Shown piece after piece: positions 10,329-23,124 of a stretch of 64,000 nucleotides of DNA. Position 1 is the first letter of the stretch. Each line of letters begins with the position of its first letter. Under the pieces are notes generated by a model that was not told where the DNA came from, did no database searches, and saw nothing but the letters and a program-made list of their open reading frames with translations. A program made the position numbers and the translations under genes. Origin of the DNA: Amoebophrya sp. A120 (lineage: Eukaryota; Protista; Dinoflagellata); contig CAJINV010000009.1 of assembly GCA_905178155.1 (NCBI GenBank), positions 2,829,373-2,893,372 on the forward strand, in the 5' to 3' direction.

Positions 10329-13300
10329 GTCTGCTCCGCGATCCAAATCCAGAACGAGAGAGGCTTGGAAATGGAGACGACGAGTCAAAATTCTGCCCCG
10401 CGCGCTCCGTTAAACGCCACTCGTTTCTTTGTCATGTCGCGAAGACGCGACTTCTATGCACTGCAATATGCCCTCTGGGTCTGAATAATGGCACTCGAAT
10501 TAAATTTGCTATGCCTATGCTGAGTCTTGTGCTCCGGTCTTTTGTAAGGACATGAACACGCCGCAATTTTTTCAGGTCCGTTCTATCTCTATTTGTCATA
10601 TTCTGCATGACAAAGAGAGGCAGTGGCAGTCTTCCAGCACTACAAACACGAAATTGCGCGCGCGCTTCTCAAGGTGGGTGGAAAACGAAAAGCCAACCGG
10701 ATACTCTTATGTGGTCCTACTAGAGTGAGCAGCCCGGAACCCGTATACATGCATCAAAGAGCGCGCTATCCTTCAAATTTTTTTTGCCTCACGGATTCAG
10801 CCTGTCTCACTTTCGCACCCAGGCTCAGGCGCATTTGCAATGCGTAACGTCATCGGATCGTCCGCGTCATCCGAAGACGTCGGAGAGCAGGATAGTACAG
10901 CGGGGGAAAATCCCCCTCGCCATACTCAAAAGAGGAGTTCGCGTACGCGATTATTTGTGTAGACTTTTTTATTTTTTAAAATACACATAGGCACCAAACT
11001 GCAACACAGACAACTTCAGATCGGAAATGGCATTGATCCAGGCAAGTCGTCATCATCTCATCGCGGTTCCAAATCGTGTTCTGTAGGTTGCGTATTTGTG
11101 TAGTAGACTTATATTGCTAGAAAGCGAAGAGCCACACTTGTCGTCTCGTTTGCAGCGAAATTGTTATGGAATTCCTGGGAGTGCAGTCGCTTACTGCCAT
11201 ACTAAAAAAGACGCGAGGCTCTCCTACCGTATTGAAGACAAAAACGCTGCTAGTCCTAGTGCTGTAGGACTATCAGAAACCACCCAAATAGCTTTTGGCC
11301 CGATAGTCAAATTCTTTCTCCTTTTTCCAAAAAGGAAAACCCAGCGTACTCTAGATCTAATTCCTTGGAATGCTGCTGAAAACCCTCGGTATGTGTCGGC
11401 TACTTGTTCGATTTGCTCCTGCTAAGATTTGCTCCAGCTGCAGATGCGGATGCCCTCTGAAGACATTTTCTGCGGGATTTCCAGCTGGAGATGCCTCTTG
11501 AAGCCATTTCCAGCCGGAGGCCCCGACAAAGAGCATGTCCAGCTGGCGGCCCTCAATCGTGAAGACGAACAGCATGCGAACCGCAAAAGGGGGACGGAGG
11601 CTATAGGTAAAGCATCGAAAAGAGCGCGGCGCCATAGCGTCGAAAAGCATGTTGCTGCCTGCGCATGCGAACCCCGATTGCGGGGTCTCCCTGCCGAATG
11701 AAAAAATGTACTAGGCGTCCCTCAGTGCGCGCGCGAGCCCCAACGGGGGAGGGAGACGGTTGAAAAGGGGCTCCTCCCCCACGATAAAAAAGCAAAAGTA
11801 CGGCGCTAGCGAAAAAATCGCTCGCGAGTGCGCTGGCGAATGATCACAACAGGGGTGGGCGGGGTGGGGGGGATCTCTCCCCCTGGATTAAGAGAGCAGG
11901 CACTGCGCCACCGCGCAAATCGCTCGCGAAAGCGGCTGCGAACCCCAACAGGGGGGGCTGCGGGGGGTCTCCCGCCCCTGGATGCACGGAAGCACCACAC
12001 CCCCGAGAAAAATCGTGTGCAGGTTTACAACTTACAGCATTCGCGCGTTGCGCGGGGCTTCTACTCTTTTCTACGCGTGCGCCCGCGCATCCCAGCAGGG
12101 GGGGGCTGGGGGGAATCTCTGCCCAATCTCGCCCCTCTGCTGGGGTAGCGTTTGTTCACGCGGCCACCTTAAGATGGACCCTAGACTGAACGCAGTTTCT
12201 TTCCGAGATAGGGTAAGCGTGAGCTGCAGTACTACCATACGATGATAGCAGGCCGTGGTCGAGGGAACAACGTCAACGAACTACACGAAAAGGAAAAACA
12301 GATAACTATAGCAGACGGAAGGTACGCCGTGTGTCATTTTCTTTATCTTTTACTCCAAACTTATTATTCATCATCTCAACAACATGTCACTTTTAAACCA
12401 AGGAAGAAGCTCGTCTACTAATACAACTGCTCAAACCTCAAAAATACTCAACAGCAGGAGCGGCGTTTCTGTTCGATAACCGAATAGAAGTAGGCACCAC
12501 GCAGGGGGTTGTGGCATTGTGCGGCATTATGATCATACATCCTACGCTACTCGGGGTCTATCTTCTGTGTGGACGACTTCCTGCACTGGTGACCCAGCCA
12601 CAGAAACAAGTCGCAGGACTTTCCATCATGATCGATTCGAACGCGAACAGGAACACAACGTAAGGCATGAAGAAAGGCCACCATTCGCTGGTTTGGAGAT
12701 CCTGCGCTAGTTTTGGCTTGAGGAGTAGAAAGTAGGAAGACTGCCAACGACTCATCGTTCCCGTCGTGCTGCTGAGCCATAACAAACAGGTGAAACTGAA
12801 GCAAGAGTAAGCTAGTAGCGAACTACAAGCTGTACTGCTGTGCGCCGTGGCCGTGCTGCTGTGCGCCGTCATGACAATACCGCACTGCTTTGAAATTGAC
12901 TGCAAAAGCATTTACTTACTTTCATAACAAGGCACTACCTGGAAAAGCTTCGACATAAGGTGTAGAACCTTCACGACCCGAAACGAAAACATCAAAAGAT
13001 GAACGCAATTTCAATTTAAAAAATAAAAAATCGAAAAAAATACCATAGAAAGCTGAGCGTCCTCGTTTCGTACTCAGCCAACCCCTGCTGGCAGCGCCTT
13101 GTGCGCCTCGAGAAGTAGTAGTAGTAGTACTGTTTCTAATGTCTTGAAATAGAAATCATAACAGTTGTTACAGTAGTAATCTAATATTGCTGCCGTGCTG
13201 TTCACGGCGGCGAAGCTCTCTGAAAGAAGTTTCGCGCAGGCTAAAGCGTAGTATTTATAGCAAAAAAAAGTGAAAAAAAAACATGCGAAAAAACAACTTA

Positions 13301-13429
13301 ACAAAAGATTGCTCGGCACTAGATTAGCTGCCAAGGAGGTATGACAGGGACGGTCTATCGTAACCACATGCGAAATAAAAAAAAAAAACAACTTACGAAA
13401 ACACAAGCTTCCTCGGCACTATATGAGCT

Positions 13430-16400
13430 GCCCACGCGGGCCAGACACTGCGCTGCGCGAGCCAGAAAAAAGAAAGCGAAAGGCAAGACGCATCAGCCTG
13501 TGGGCTATTGCGTCACAAAATCAATACTGCCCCATCTTCGTGACCGAGCTACAGATCCGCGCGCTTGGTTGCGCCTTTTCAACCAATCGCCGCCCGCCAT
13601 CCTTTCTACGCCGCCGAATCGTCCTCCTGCTATCGACACACACAAACAAGCCACGCGCTAGGCCCAACACCGGGGACCGCCCCAGCCGCTCGACTTTATT
13701 CCGTGTGCGCTGGCGGTAGCGCTCCACTTTCTTGGCCATATTTTTTAGAACGTGCGTGGCGCGCGCAGTCCAGAGCGTTCTTTTCTAGGCAAAAAAGAGA
13801 CGCACTGAGATCGGGGCCGGGCGCAAAGCACGACGGTGCCGACGCCATACAAAATACAGACACAACCTGGCCGAACAACGGAAAAACCCAAGCCGCCCAC
13901 ACCGAGTGCGAGATCGCCCTCACACACCACGAGCACAACCTAGGCAGATAGTCCTCCTCGCCACGACCAACGCGAGACTGCCCGCCACGCAAGTGCCCGC
14001 AACCTCCACGCAACAGATGCGCGGGCAGAGCACGCGAGCTCTCTCGCTCCGAGGAAGGAAACCCCCGGCCCCCCTTCCGGGATTATTCGGAACACCCCCT
14101 GCAGCGAATAGACGCCGGACCCCGGGGCGCCTTCGAATGCTCCCGAAAAAGTCAGACCAGAAGAGTCGGGGCGGCGTGCGTATCTGGTCCGCCATTTTCG
14201 TGACGTTTTGAGAAAAGAAACGAAGCGCAAACGCTTTCGAAGCTTGGCGCGACAATAGCTTCGGGCAATAGACAGGAAAGCCATGCTTGCCGCGAAGCAC
14301 GCCGCGGGGCGCCATTGGTTCTTCCCCAGGACAACGCCTACCCGAGGACCGTGCACGCATGTCGCCACACGAGTCGGGCCTGCCTAGTTTGGGTCTACGT
14401 CTACACAAAGCTTCCAAGGCGACCCAGAAACCCCACACAAGCAGACTCGCGGCGCCGGATGGGGTGCGCTGAGGGCCTGGCACCTCGAACGACACAACGC
14501 CGCCGCCCCTCGCAACAATGGAAGGACGCCGAAGATCGACCAGGGTCCACTACTACTACTACGCACTACCATACACACCACCGCCCTCTTGCGTAATATG
14601 CTGAGGATCGGCTCCCCCTAACTAAGCGCTGGGAGCAGGCGTCTCCTACCACCCTCCCAACCAGACACAAAGCCCACCGCTTCTGGGTGATCTGAAACCC
14701 AGCCGGGGGACAGGAAAGTAGAGAAGGCTGGCCCCAGGCACTGTGCGGCCGCCAGCTTCTTTGCGGGTGCAGCAAGGCGGACAGGAACAATGGCTCCGCC
14801 GAGCTTAATGACCGGCGGGGGGCTTTCTGTGCGCACGTTGCTGCGGCCAGCCTTTGCGCAGGGGGCTGCCCGCTTTTCTTTGTCCGCGTGCTGTCTGCTT
14901 CGCCTCTCGCCCCTCTGTGTCTTTTGTGTCCTGGTCTGTGCTGCTCTTTTCTTTTCTCAGGCTTGGCTCCTTTCGGGCGCAATCTGCTGCCCCCCCTTTC
15001 TTTCTTTTTTCTCTATTGCGGACCCGCGCCGTACCTACGGCCTCGGCGGGCCGGCTTGTTTCTAAGTATCCTGTCAGAAGAGACCGCGCCGGCCACACTA
15101 CACTAGCCATAATCTGCCCGCTGGCCAAAAGGCAACAAACAATACCCCTGCGAGCCGCGCCAGGGCCACCAAGATGAAGCCCCTCGCGGCCGCCTCGAGG
15201 CGCCAGGACGGTTCGAAAGTGCGCGCGGCGCTAATGCTAGCGCAGCCGCATACACGCTTGGAAGCCCGGTAGCGAAGAGCGGGCGACACCCGGGCGGGCA
15301 GCGTTCGCTTTTGCGAAAGACCGCCGGGGGCTTTTGGCAAAGGAAAGAGAGCGAAGGGAGAAAAGAGCCGCGCGGCCATGCATAAAAGAAAGCAGAAGCC
15401 AACGGCACGCCTCGGGGGCGTTTCGCCCGGCCATGTATGAAAGAAGGCCGAAGCAAGTCCCGGAGTGCTCCGCTACGTGTCTCGGGGGCGCCTCGTCTGG
15501 CCTGGGCAGGGCAGGCGTTCAGATAGCCCGCAGGCGCCGTCCGTGGCCCGCTTTGCCGGAAGTGCGACGAAACCACCACAGGGTGGGTGGCGGTTTCTTT
15601 CATGTCGGCAGGCGGCGACGCTTCTGCCCTTATGATTTGCGCGGCCCTAAAAGGAATTTCATTTGGCGAACCCGCCAGAAGCCACAAAACAACCAGCAAA
15701 CACTGGCAAAAGACTGCAGCGCGCCTGCTAGCAAATCCGCCACACGCGTTGCGCCAGAGAGACTACCAAACAAACAACAAGAAGACCCCGCGAACCCATA
15801 AGCCAGAACGCCGAAGCGGATTGGGGGCATGGTGCGCCCAATAAAGCCAAGCCGAAAGAGGCAGCGAGGCTGAAACGACACCGGCCCAGCCTAAAGCGGA
15901 GGGTGCTCCGCCCCGCAATGAATAATATTCCGAAGGCACTGCGCCGACCCGCGGGGAAGCTGCCAACACATGTGGGGGAAGGTCGCGATCGTGATCCCGA
16001 AAGCCTCCCGGAAGGCCCTCAGGACGCAGGGCGCCGCCGACGTACACGCGCCTCACCCGTCCATGCCAGAGCACAGATTGCCCAAGGCCCCGGGTGGGAA
16101 GCTGCACGCCAAGGGCAGCGGGCGGGCGCCGAAACATCTTGGGGAAATCAATCAGCCACTGGCCCGAAACCGGACTCGACAAAAATGTTCGGGGGAGAAA
16201 TACAAACAACAAAACAATGCCGGGCACGCTCCCAAAACCAAGAAAGCGACGGGCTGGCCAAAGGGTGGGCACTGCCGTGGCCCTTATTTGGAAAGGACCA
16301 CCGACACACGCACACGCGCCACAAACGCAAATGAGGGAGAGCCCAGGGCGGCGGCCGGTGGGGTTTCGAAGCTTTCGCGCTATTGAACTGTCACAAGCAT

Positions 16401-18900
16401 GCCAAAACAATCTCGACCCCCCCCAGAGGCGGGCCGGCGCTGGCGTGGACTTTCACCAGAATGGCCGATCGGACGGAGCGGACTGGTAGGAAGTGGCAAG
16501 CCCTGGGCCTGGGGGTCTCACCAAGTTCGTGAACTTGGGCAGGCGCAGGGAGCCCCACTCATGGCATAACCTTCCCCGGGCGAGCGCTCCGCAGCATGCC
16601 CCCCGTAAGTACTCCTCCCCCCAACTTGCGCAGCGCGTGGGCAGCGGCGCCAAAGGTCCCCGGGCTGCTAAAGTGCCCCTGCTTCTAGCGTAGGCGGTTC
16701 AGGTTTTTCCGCTGTTTGATCAAGGTCGATTTCTGATCCAGCATGGGGCACGCTGATTTGGGCATGCCGTGGCTTTCGATTGCATTCGGCCCAAGCGAGC
16801 TCGCTCGCGCCAGGCAGTTGCCCTTCCGCCTAAAAAACGTTTTCTGCATGCTTGGCACACTCGCCAAAAATCCGAGCTACATCTTAAGAAAGCCAACCCG
16901 TGAGGAGCAAAGGCGCGCGGCTCGCTGCGGTTCCCCTCGGCGCTGGCCCTGTCGCGTGAACCTTGGTTGTGCGTTCGTATCTTGCGCGCTTCTTGTTGCA
17001 CCGGCCCCGCTGCTTTCGTATACGCATACCCGACGCCGGCCGCCGGCAAAAGAGAAAGCATCCTGACCAAAACGGTCCCCGCCCCAGAATCGCAATCAGG
17101 TCGAAGACAATGGCCTTCGCAATACGGCAACAACAGACATGCAAACGATGGGCGGCCGATACAGTTTCATGACCTGCGACAGTCCTATTTATTAGGCTGC
17201 ACGGCGGGAGACTTTTCAATGGGCCCTACCTTCGGGGGCCCAACTCGGAGAAGCGTGTAAGCCGCGCCTCCACGTTCCCCTCCCTCTACCGTGGGCGCAC
17301 GCTCTTGCTCGTCCAGCTTTTTCAAAGATGCCATTGCTTCCTCACTACACATGCTAAATGCCAACGCGCCAGCGGGCCTGCGGACGGGATCCGGATTGCC
17401 TGCGTCCACAATGAGATGACCGAAGACCACGCCCAAACCCGCCAAGCCCGGAGGGGCTTCTTTCTGTTGGGCTTTAGGCGACGAAGTTCGCTAGCAGGGC
17501 GGGGCCCGCGCGGCCGCGGCCCTTCTGTCGCGTACGTTTCAGGGCCTACTTAATGCGCCGAAAAACAAAACACAGGATGGCGACGAGGACTCCTGCTGGG
17601 ATGTCGAAGCCCCAGGAGGAGTCGTCTCGGGGTTCTTTCCAAGAACCTCTCCCCGGATTATTCGCGCCCCCGGGGCGGGGCCGCAGCAAGTGAACCCCCT
17701 CCCCGAATCGCTCGGGCCCAAGCCTGCGGCGCAGGGCCGCACAGGGTGGGAGACTCTCTTTGGCGCAAGGCATTCCGGAGGCGCTTTTGGAACCGTCTCG
17801 GGCCCTTCTTTTCAAATCGGGCCCCTTCCTGCACTCGGGGCAGGGCTGGAAAAGCAAGGTGGCCAGATTTGGCGCAAAGGATTGCGGGGCGAGCGGATTT
17901 CGGACCCGCCTCGCCCATGAAGCCTCCCCCCAAATCAGACCAATGCCCCCCGGGGCGAGACCATAGAAGCGAAGGTGGTCAGCTTTGGCGCGGGGAATTC
18001 CCACGCGGATTTTGGGTTACTTCCAGAAACCCTCAGGAGCTTCTCTCCCAAAATCGTGCCACCGACCGCCATCGGAGAAAGGCAGGAGAATGAAGGCGGC
18101 TGGCCTTGGAACAGAGGACTCCTGGGGGAGTTTTGGAGGCCTATCAGGAATCCTCTGCGGCGCCCCCTCCTCAAATCGGGCTCGTGCCCATGGCAAAGCC
18201 AGCGAGCGGGCGCGCAACGCCGACCGGGTGGGCTACTTTGGCGCAGCAGATCTCCTGGGGGATTTGAAAGTCCTCTGCAGAGGGTCCTCCCCCGGTTGCG
18301 CCAGTGGCGATGCCCTCACGGGAACGCAGGCCACAGAAAACGGCCAGCCTCGCCGCAGAGACTTCCGGGGACCCAGACGAGGGCGCGGGCGGCTTTTCCG
18401 GGCCAACAAGTAGAGTGGACGCAAACTACGTGGGGCTCCTGCCACGTTTCGGCAGAGGTGCGGAAGCCTGCGCATTCTTACCGGGCCAACCACTTTGGAA
18501 GCGCGCCGGGCACCTGGCTTGGGGCGGCCCACACTTATTTGGCCGCTTTTGCAGTGCAAACGCGGGGCGGCCGGCGGCGTCGTAGTGGTCAGGAAGCGGA
18601 CCAGGGCCCACGCTTTCTTCGGTGCCGTGCGTTTTTGCTCACCTTCGACACGCACGCCCGCGGGCTGGGGCGCGCGCGTCAGCTTCCTGGAAAATTACTT
18701 CCGGCCCCGCAGGAGCGGCGCCGCCCGTGTTGTGGGTGCTTCGCTTTACCACGATCGGGGCAGGGCGTGGCCCACTAATTCGTGCCCGCGCGGCGCGAAT
18801 CAGCCGCGCTGTTGAAGGGCCGGACGTTTGTCGCACGGCCTGGGCTCCGTTCCGTCTTTACGAAAAACACGCCCGGCCCCCCGTTGCGCATCCATAGCGC
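13430..18900 (-). mobile_element. Heavily decayed Ty3/Gypsy-like LTR retrotransposon pol relic (PR-RT-RH-INT order); LTRs not found, boundaries approximate
   Basis: Minus-strand motif remnants in Gypsy order: LIVDAG (protease DTG-like, 17398-17406), VYVGGAL..DHDRDL..VL (RT YxDD-like, 16033-16044), FQITQK..VVGDACSQR (RNase H end, ~14630-14700), CRSRCQ..PWKLCVDVD..AGP (integrase, ~14375-14500); many frameshifts. Confidence 0.55.
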
Positions 18901-19063
18901 GCGACCATATGCGAATCGTGTCCCCTGCAATGCAGCTTTTTGCCGTTGGTTGCAGCTAAGCCTGGAATGCATGTTTGCTCTTCTAAGTACTGGGGTGCAT
19001 GTTTGCGAAATACTTGGCCAGCAGTCTCCGTCCTTTTGACTCTGTGCTGGAAGCAGTTTCCTT

Positions 19064-19866
19064 CTAGATAAGGGCCGCGAGACCCGCAGCCGTCACAAGT
19101 GGCGCCGCAGCCGCAGGAGCCGAAGCAGCGGCACCTTGCACCAAAGCGCCGTAACCAGCCGTACCAGCAGCGGCGCCCCCCACAAGTTTAGCCCCCGCGT
19201 AGGCCGCAGCGCCGACCGCAGCTGTAACCCCAGCGACACCACCAGCGGCAGCTGCAGCTGCAGCTACACCAGCTGTGCCAACCGCACCGGTGGCAATGTA
19301 GGCTGCTGTGTTGTAGTACTCCTGCACCTCGTCTAATGTCTCCAGAAAAACGGCCCGCTGCCGCTTGTTCCTTTCTGTCCATCCCAAATTAGCGGCATTC
19401 GCTTTGCGCACCCGGGTACAGCACTTACACAACGGACCCCCGTATGCTCCACAAATCAAAATGGTGGAGAGTTTGCAGAAGTATAGGTAGCACAGTATGG
19501 CGCAGGAGGGGCACTGCGGGCACCTGTCCTCGCAGGTATCGACGCTACCAAAACCCAGATGAGAACGCGCGGAAGATCCGTCATGCTCCGTATCTTCGCA
19601 AAAACCAGGACACTCTTTTTCGCAGCACTCTAGGCAATTGCAGGTGTTGTAGCGATCGTCATGGCCATCACACTTGCCGCAGCAAGGCAGTTTGGGCAGG
19701 GGGCAGTTCCGGCACCTCTTCGTGTTACACCCAGCGCCGTCACACCTGCAGCAACCGTCTATGGCCCTACAACAGTGATAAGCGCCAAGCGCGCACCCGT
19801 TCTCGCGGAAAAGGTCACAGAAGAGCGCGGGCTCGCAACAGCAGCAAAAGTGACCTTCTGGCACAA
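19064..19866 (-). CDS. Terminal exon: Cys-rich region followed by a long Ala/Gly hydrophobic tail; hypothetical
   Basis: 269-aa ORF with dense CC/CxxC motifs, then GAVGTAGVAAAAAAAGGVAG..; bounded upstream by a TATCCAA element-like end at 19867. Confidence 0.7.
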
Positions 19867-20658
19867 TATCCAAATCAATCCTGCGGCCGCCGAACTCCTG
19901 TATTGTTCACTAGTGTACTACCCATAACGCAGTAGTGCTGACGTTGTAGGACTAAAAAAAGCGCCTTGGGCCTTGTGACATTTTTGCCATTCCTGTCTTT
20001 TGATTTTGTCGCCCCCGTGATGACATTTCGTCGCGCATTTATTTCTTGTGGCGTTTTATAGATTTCGGCGCCGTCTCTATGAAAATCCGGCACACAGAGG
20101 GTCATCTGTCACGACACCAAGGGCAGCCTTTGCTTTTGACGTCGTCGCGACGGCTGTCGAAACGATGGCGCTTTATTAAGTACTTGTCGCGCGAGCTCTC
20201 ACCTGCAGGCCTGCTCCGGCCGAGAGCAGCTACAACTGCGGCGCTCGCGGCCCCCGGGTGTGCGCCGGTTTCGTTGCTGCAACAGGAGCTCTGGAACCCA
20301 TCATCTGGGCCACCCGGCGAAGAAGGGCTAGAGCTGTCGCATTGCGGCAGCGAGCTGGAGGGCATTGCGGCTGATGGTTGGTGAAGCGGGCATCTGGTGA
20401 AAAAAAAAAATTGTTGTCGAGATGCGCCTGGAATCCGAAAAAGCTCGCGCGTCTGTGCTTTTGCACTCGCCGTCGACAAGGACAACATAGGCATGCACAA
20501 AAAAAATAGGGCCCAGGCGCATCGCCAAAAATAATTAAATTGCGCACTCATCACGGCGACAACGGGATCCGAGGACAAAAAAAATGGCACAAGACCCCGG
20601 GGGGAAGGGTTCGGAGAGCGGCCACGCAGGGCCTTGCTCTTTTTCTTTTTTTTCGTTT

Positions 20659-23064
20659 CTAGAACATCAGCACTATCTCGGTATCGGTAGGACAATAGTG
20701 CGCGATATCCTCGTCGGCTATTGGCTTGCCGCGGTGGTTCAACATCAAAACGTTATCCCTCATGTTGTCGGGCTGTTCGCAGCAATTATGGCAGCCATAT
20801 CGCTGGCAGTTGCAGCGCTCGCAGCAGAGCGCTTTTGCCTCTTCCCCCACAACCAAGTCGGAGCGAACCCTCCGGCCGCCTCCCTGTCTGCAATCGCAAC
20901 AGCAACGGCACACATGTTCGCCACCACTGCACGCGCAGCACGTCTCGGAGCAGTTCTTTGCGATGTCAGAGCACACACTGTCACATCCCCGCTGCCGTCG
21001 CAAAACTGTCGCCCCCTTTCCTTCCTCATTCCCACCAAGCGCCACCAGCCTAAAGTCGTTTTTCTGGACATCGGTGCTGGGTTCTCCTCTTACACAGAGG
21101 TCCGCGCGACTGGAACGCAAATAAAAGTATTCTTCCCCGCCGAGAGGATCGCAGACGTTAGTAACCGTCGTCGTTGATGCATCTTGCGGTGCTAGTTGTA
21201 TTACCTTCCGTGGATTGCCGCTTTCGTCTCCTTGGCAAACCCACTGTGGCGATGACGACGGGTCCCGTTCGTCTCTAGCATACCGATCCTTCCTGACAGA
21301 GCGAAATGTCCCGTGGTAGAGGTCACAGAGCTGCGTCTCCACTGTGTCTGTCCCCTTTGCGTATTCCAATTGTCTCATCACTCCCTCGAGCTCGCTGTAT
21401 TCCCGAACAAGATGGATATTACGAAAATAGACAAAGCTCATGAGGTCGGCCACTGTGTAGTACAGGACCTGCCGACGCTGGTCGAGGCCCCACTTCCAGC
21501 GATTCTCCTCCCACCACTTGATCGTGTACTCCGGTAGCTTGGGCTTTCCCCGGAAAACATAGCCAGCATCCCACCAATTTGGTATCGGTGCTCCTTTCCA
21601 CTTGCCCGGCTCGGTGGACACGACCTCGCCCCACGTGTTATGTTCCTCGCCCCACATCAAGGTTCTCCAATCCGGGCCCCACCAGAATTCCATCTCCATG
21701 CTCCAAGTCATATGTGGGACGGCCTGGTGTGATCTAGAGAGAAAGCGTTTTTCCATCACCTCCTTTTTCTCGTATGCTTTCCTTTCCTCCTCGCGAAGTG
21801 CTTCGCGCTGCACCTGCGTGTGTTCAGCGCTAGACGTCTTCTTGGCGAAGGTCGTGCTCGGGTCAAAGGCGGATGTCTCTTTCTGCACGAAAGACGGGGG
21901 CGGGGACGAGGACATCAGTTCCTGTCCGGGTGGTTCCAACAAGGTTCCTGCCGTGCTGTTGCTGCCCCCATGGTACCTCGACCACGCTTGCGCATCGGAT
22001 TTTGCGTCGTAGGGCAATGGCGTCCGCTGCACGGGCGGCGCGGCTGGCGTACGCTGCAGGAACGAGATATCCCTTTCCATTTGTCGACTTGTTTCTACAA
22101 ACGATAAAGATGTGGTGTCCTCGGGGCTTTTGTCAGCTCGTTGTGTTCCGCCCACCTCGCATCGCATGGGATCTTGGTCAGGAGGAAGCTGCGTCGAAAA
22201 GGCATCGGCCGCTGACTCTGTCCCTTGTTTTAGGGCGTCTTGTACTTTTTTAATTTGCTGGTCCAGATCCTCCGGGTTTTCTCCCATGCTATCCGCGATC
22301 AATCCTGAGGTCTTCTTGAGTAAGCTGCTAAAAATTGGACCAGTGAGAACCGCTACTGGGTCTGCCACCAAATTAAAGAGTGGCGCAAAGTTCGGGTACT
22401 TCGCGGGATCTTCCAAGTCGGCGGCTGTTGGAGCAGTCGGCATCGATCTGATGATTTCCGCCAAACCAATACCCCGCTTTTTCTCAGCTCCAGGTTGAAA
22501 ATCGGTGTAGTCCACGCGCACCGGATGGTGGAGACGCAAAAAAGAGTCCAGGCACGCCAGGGCAAACGCGAAAACTTCGGTGGGCGCGGGCTCATCCTCG
22601 CTGCCATTCTTTTTAAACGGTTCGAGCAATTCTTTGGTCCAGGACGGATCACGCTTCAAGGCATCGAAGCCGCGTGTATATTTCGGCGCCTCGCCTTCTC
22701 TGTTTCGGTTCAGCAGCATTGGGCCAATGTCCCGCGCAGCCGCCGGGACGATCAAAGCCGAGCTCTGAACCGTGTGAACGTGAAGCTTGGAGTCAGTCGG
22801 GGTATTCTCTTGTTTGGCTAGTTTGTCAAAAACACTGCTCGCGCCCGCTATCACCGAGTCAAGCATCTTGTTGAAGAACGCTGCCTGGCCCTCAACAACC
22901 TTTTCGAGCTCTGCCTTTTTTGTGTCCCGCACCTCCGAAAAAATGCCTCCGGCTGCGTGACATAACATTGAAAAAGCCATCACCCAATCCGCATGCAACC
23001 CAACGTGGCAGGCCTGCGTACAACAAAAGGAGTGGGCAACGCGGCCCTCCAACCATTTATACAA
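20659..23064 (-). CDS. Large exon (801 aa) of a hypothetical protein with a Trp-rich middle and Cys-rich C-terminal part
   Basis: 2.4-kb uninterrupted ORF with normal protein-like composition; no family recognised. Confidence 0.85.
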   Translation of the reverse strand: MYKWLEGRVAHSFCCTQACHVGLHADWVMAFSMLCHAAGGIFSEVRDTKKAELEKVVEGQAAFFNKMLDSVIAGASSVFDKLAKQENTPTDSKLHVHTVQSSALIVPAAARDIGPMLLNRNREGEAPKYTRGFDALKRDPSWTKELLEPFKKNGSEDEPAPTEVFAFALACLDSFLRLHHPVRVDYTDFQPGAEKKRGIGLAEIIRSMPTAPTAADLEDPAKYPNFAPLFNLVADPVAVLTGPIFSSLLKKTSGLIADSMGENPEDLDQQIKKVQDALKQGTESAADAFSTQLPPDQDPMRCEVGGTQRADKSPEDTTSLSFVETSRQMERDISFLQRTPAAPPVQRTPLPYDAKSDAQAWSRYHGGSNSTAGTLLEPPGQELMSSSPPPSFVQKETSAFDPSTTFAKKTSSAEHTQVQREALREEERKAYEKKEVMEKRFLSRSHQAVPHMTWSMEMEFWWGPDWRTLMWGEEHNTWGEVVSTEPGKWKGAPIPNWWDAGYVFRGKPKLPEYTIKWWEENRWKWGLDQRRQVLYYTVADLMSFVYFRNIHLVREYSELEGVMRQLEYAKGTDTVETQLCDLYHGTFRSVRKDRYARDERDPSSSPQWVCQGDESGNPRKVIQLAPQDASTTTVTNVCDPLGGEEYFYLRSSRADLCVRGEPSTDVQKNDFRLVALGGNEEGKGATVLRRQRGCDSVCSDIAKNCSETCCACSGGEHVCRCCCDCRQGGGRRVRSDLVVGEEAKALCCERCNCQRYGCHNCCEQPDNMRDNVLMLNHRGKPIADEDIAHYCPTDTEIVLMF

Positions 23065-23124
23065 TCAAGAAAAAGCGCACTGGCCGGGCCTCCGCACTTC
23101 CGAAGGCCCCGTCGCGCCAGGCAA

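Noticed and set aside
12240-13420. Candidate 3' LTR of the Gypsy relic
   Set aside because: No matching second copy, primer-binding site or polypurine tract could be identified in the window.
15970-16386. + strand integrase zinc-finger-like ORF (VIPKASRKALR..H..H)
   Set aside because: It is the antisense of the better-supported RT-like motif, which fits the minus-strand PR-RT-RH-INT order.
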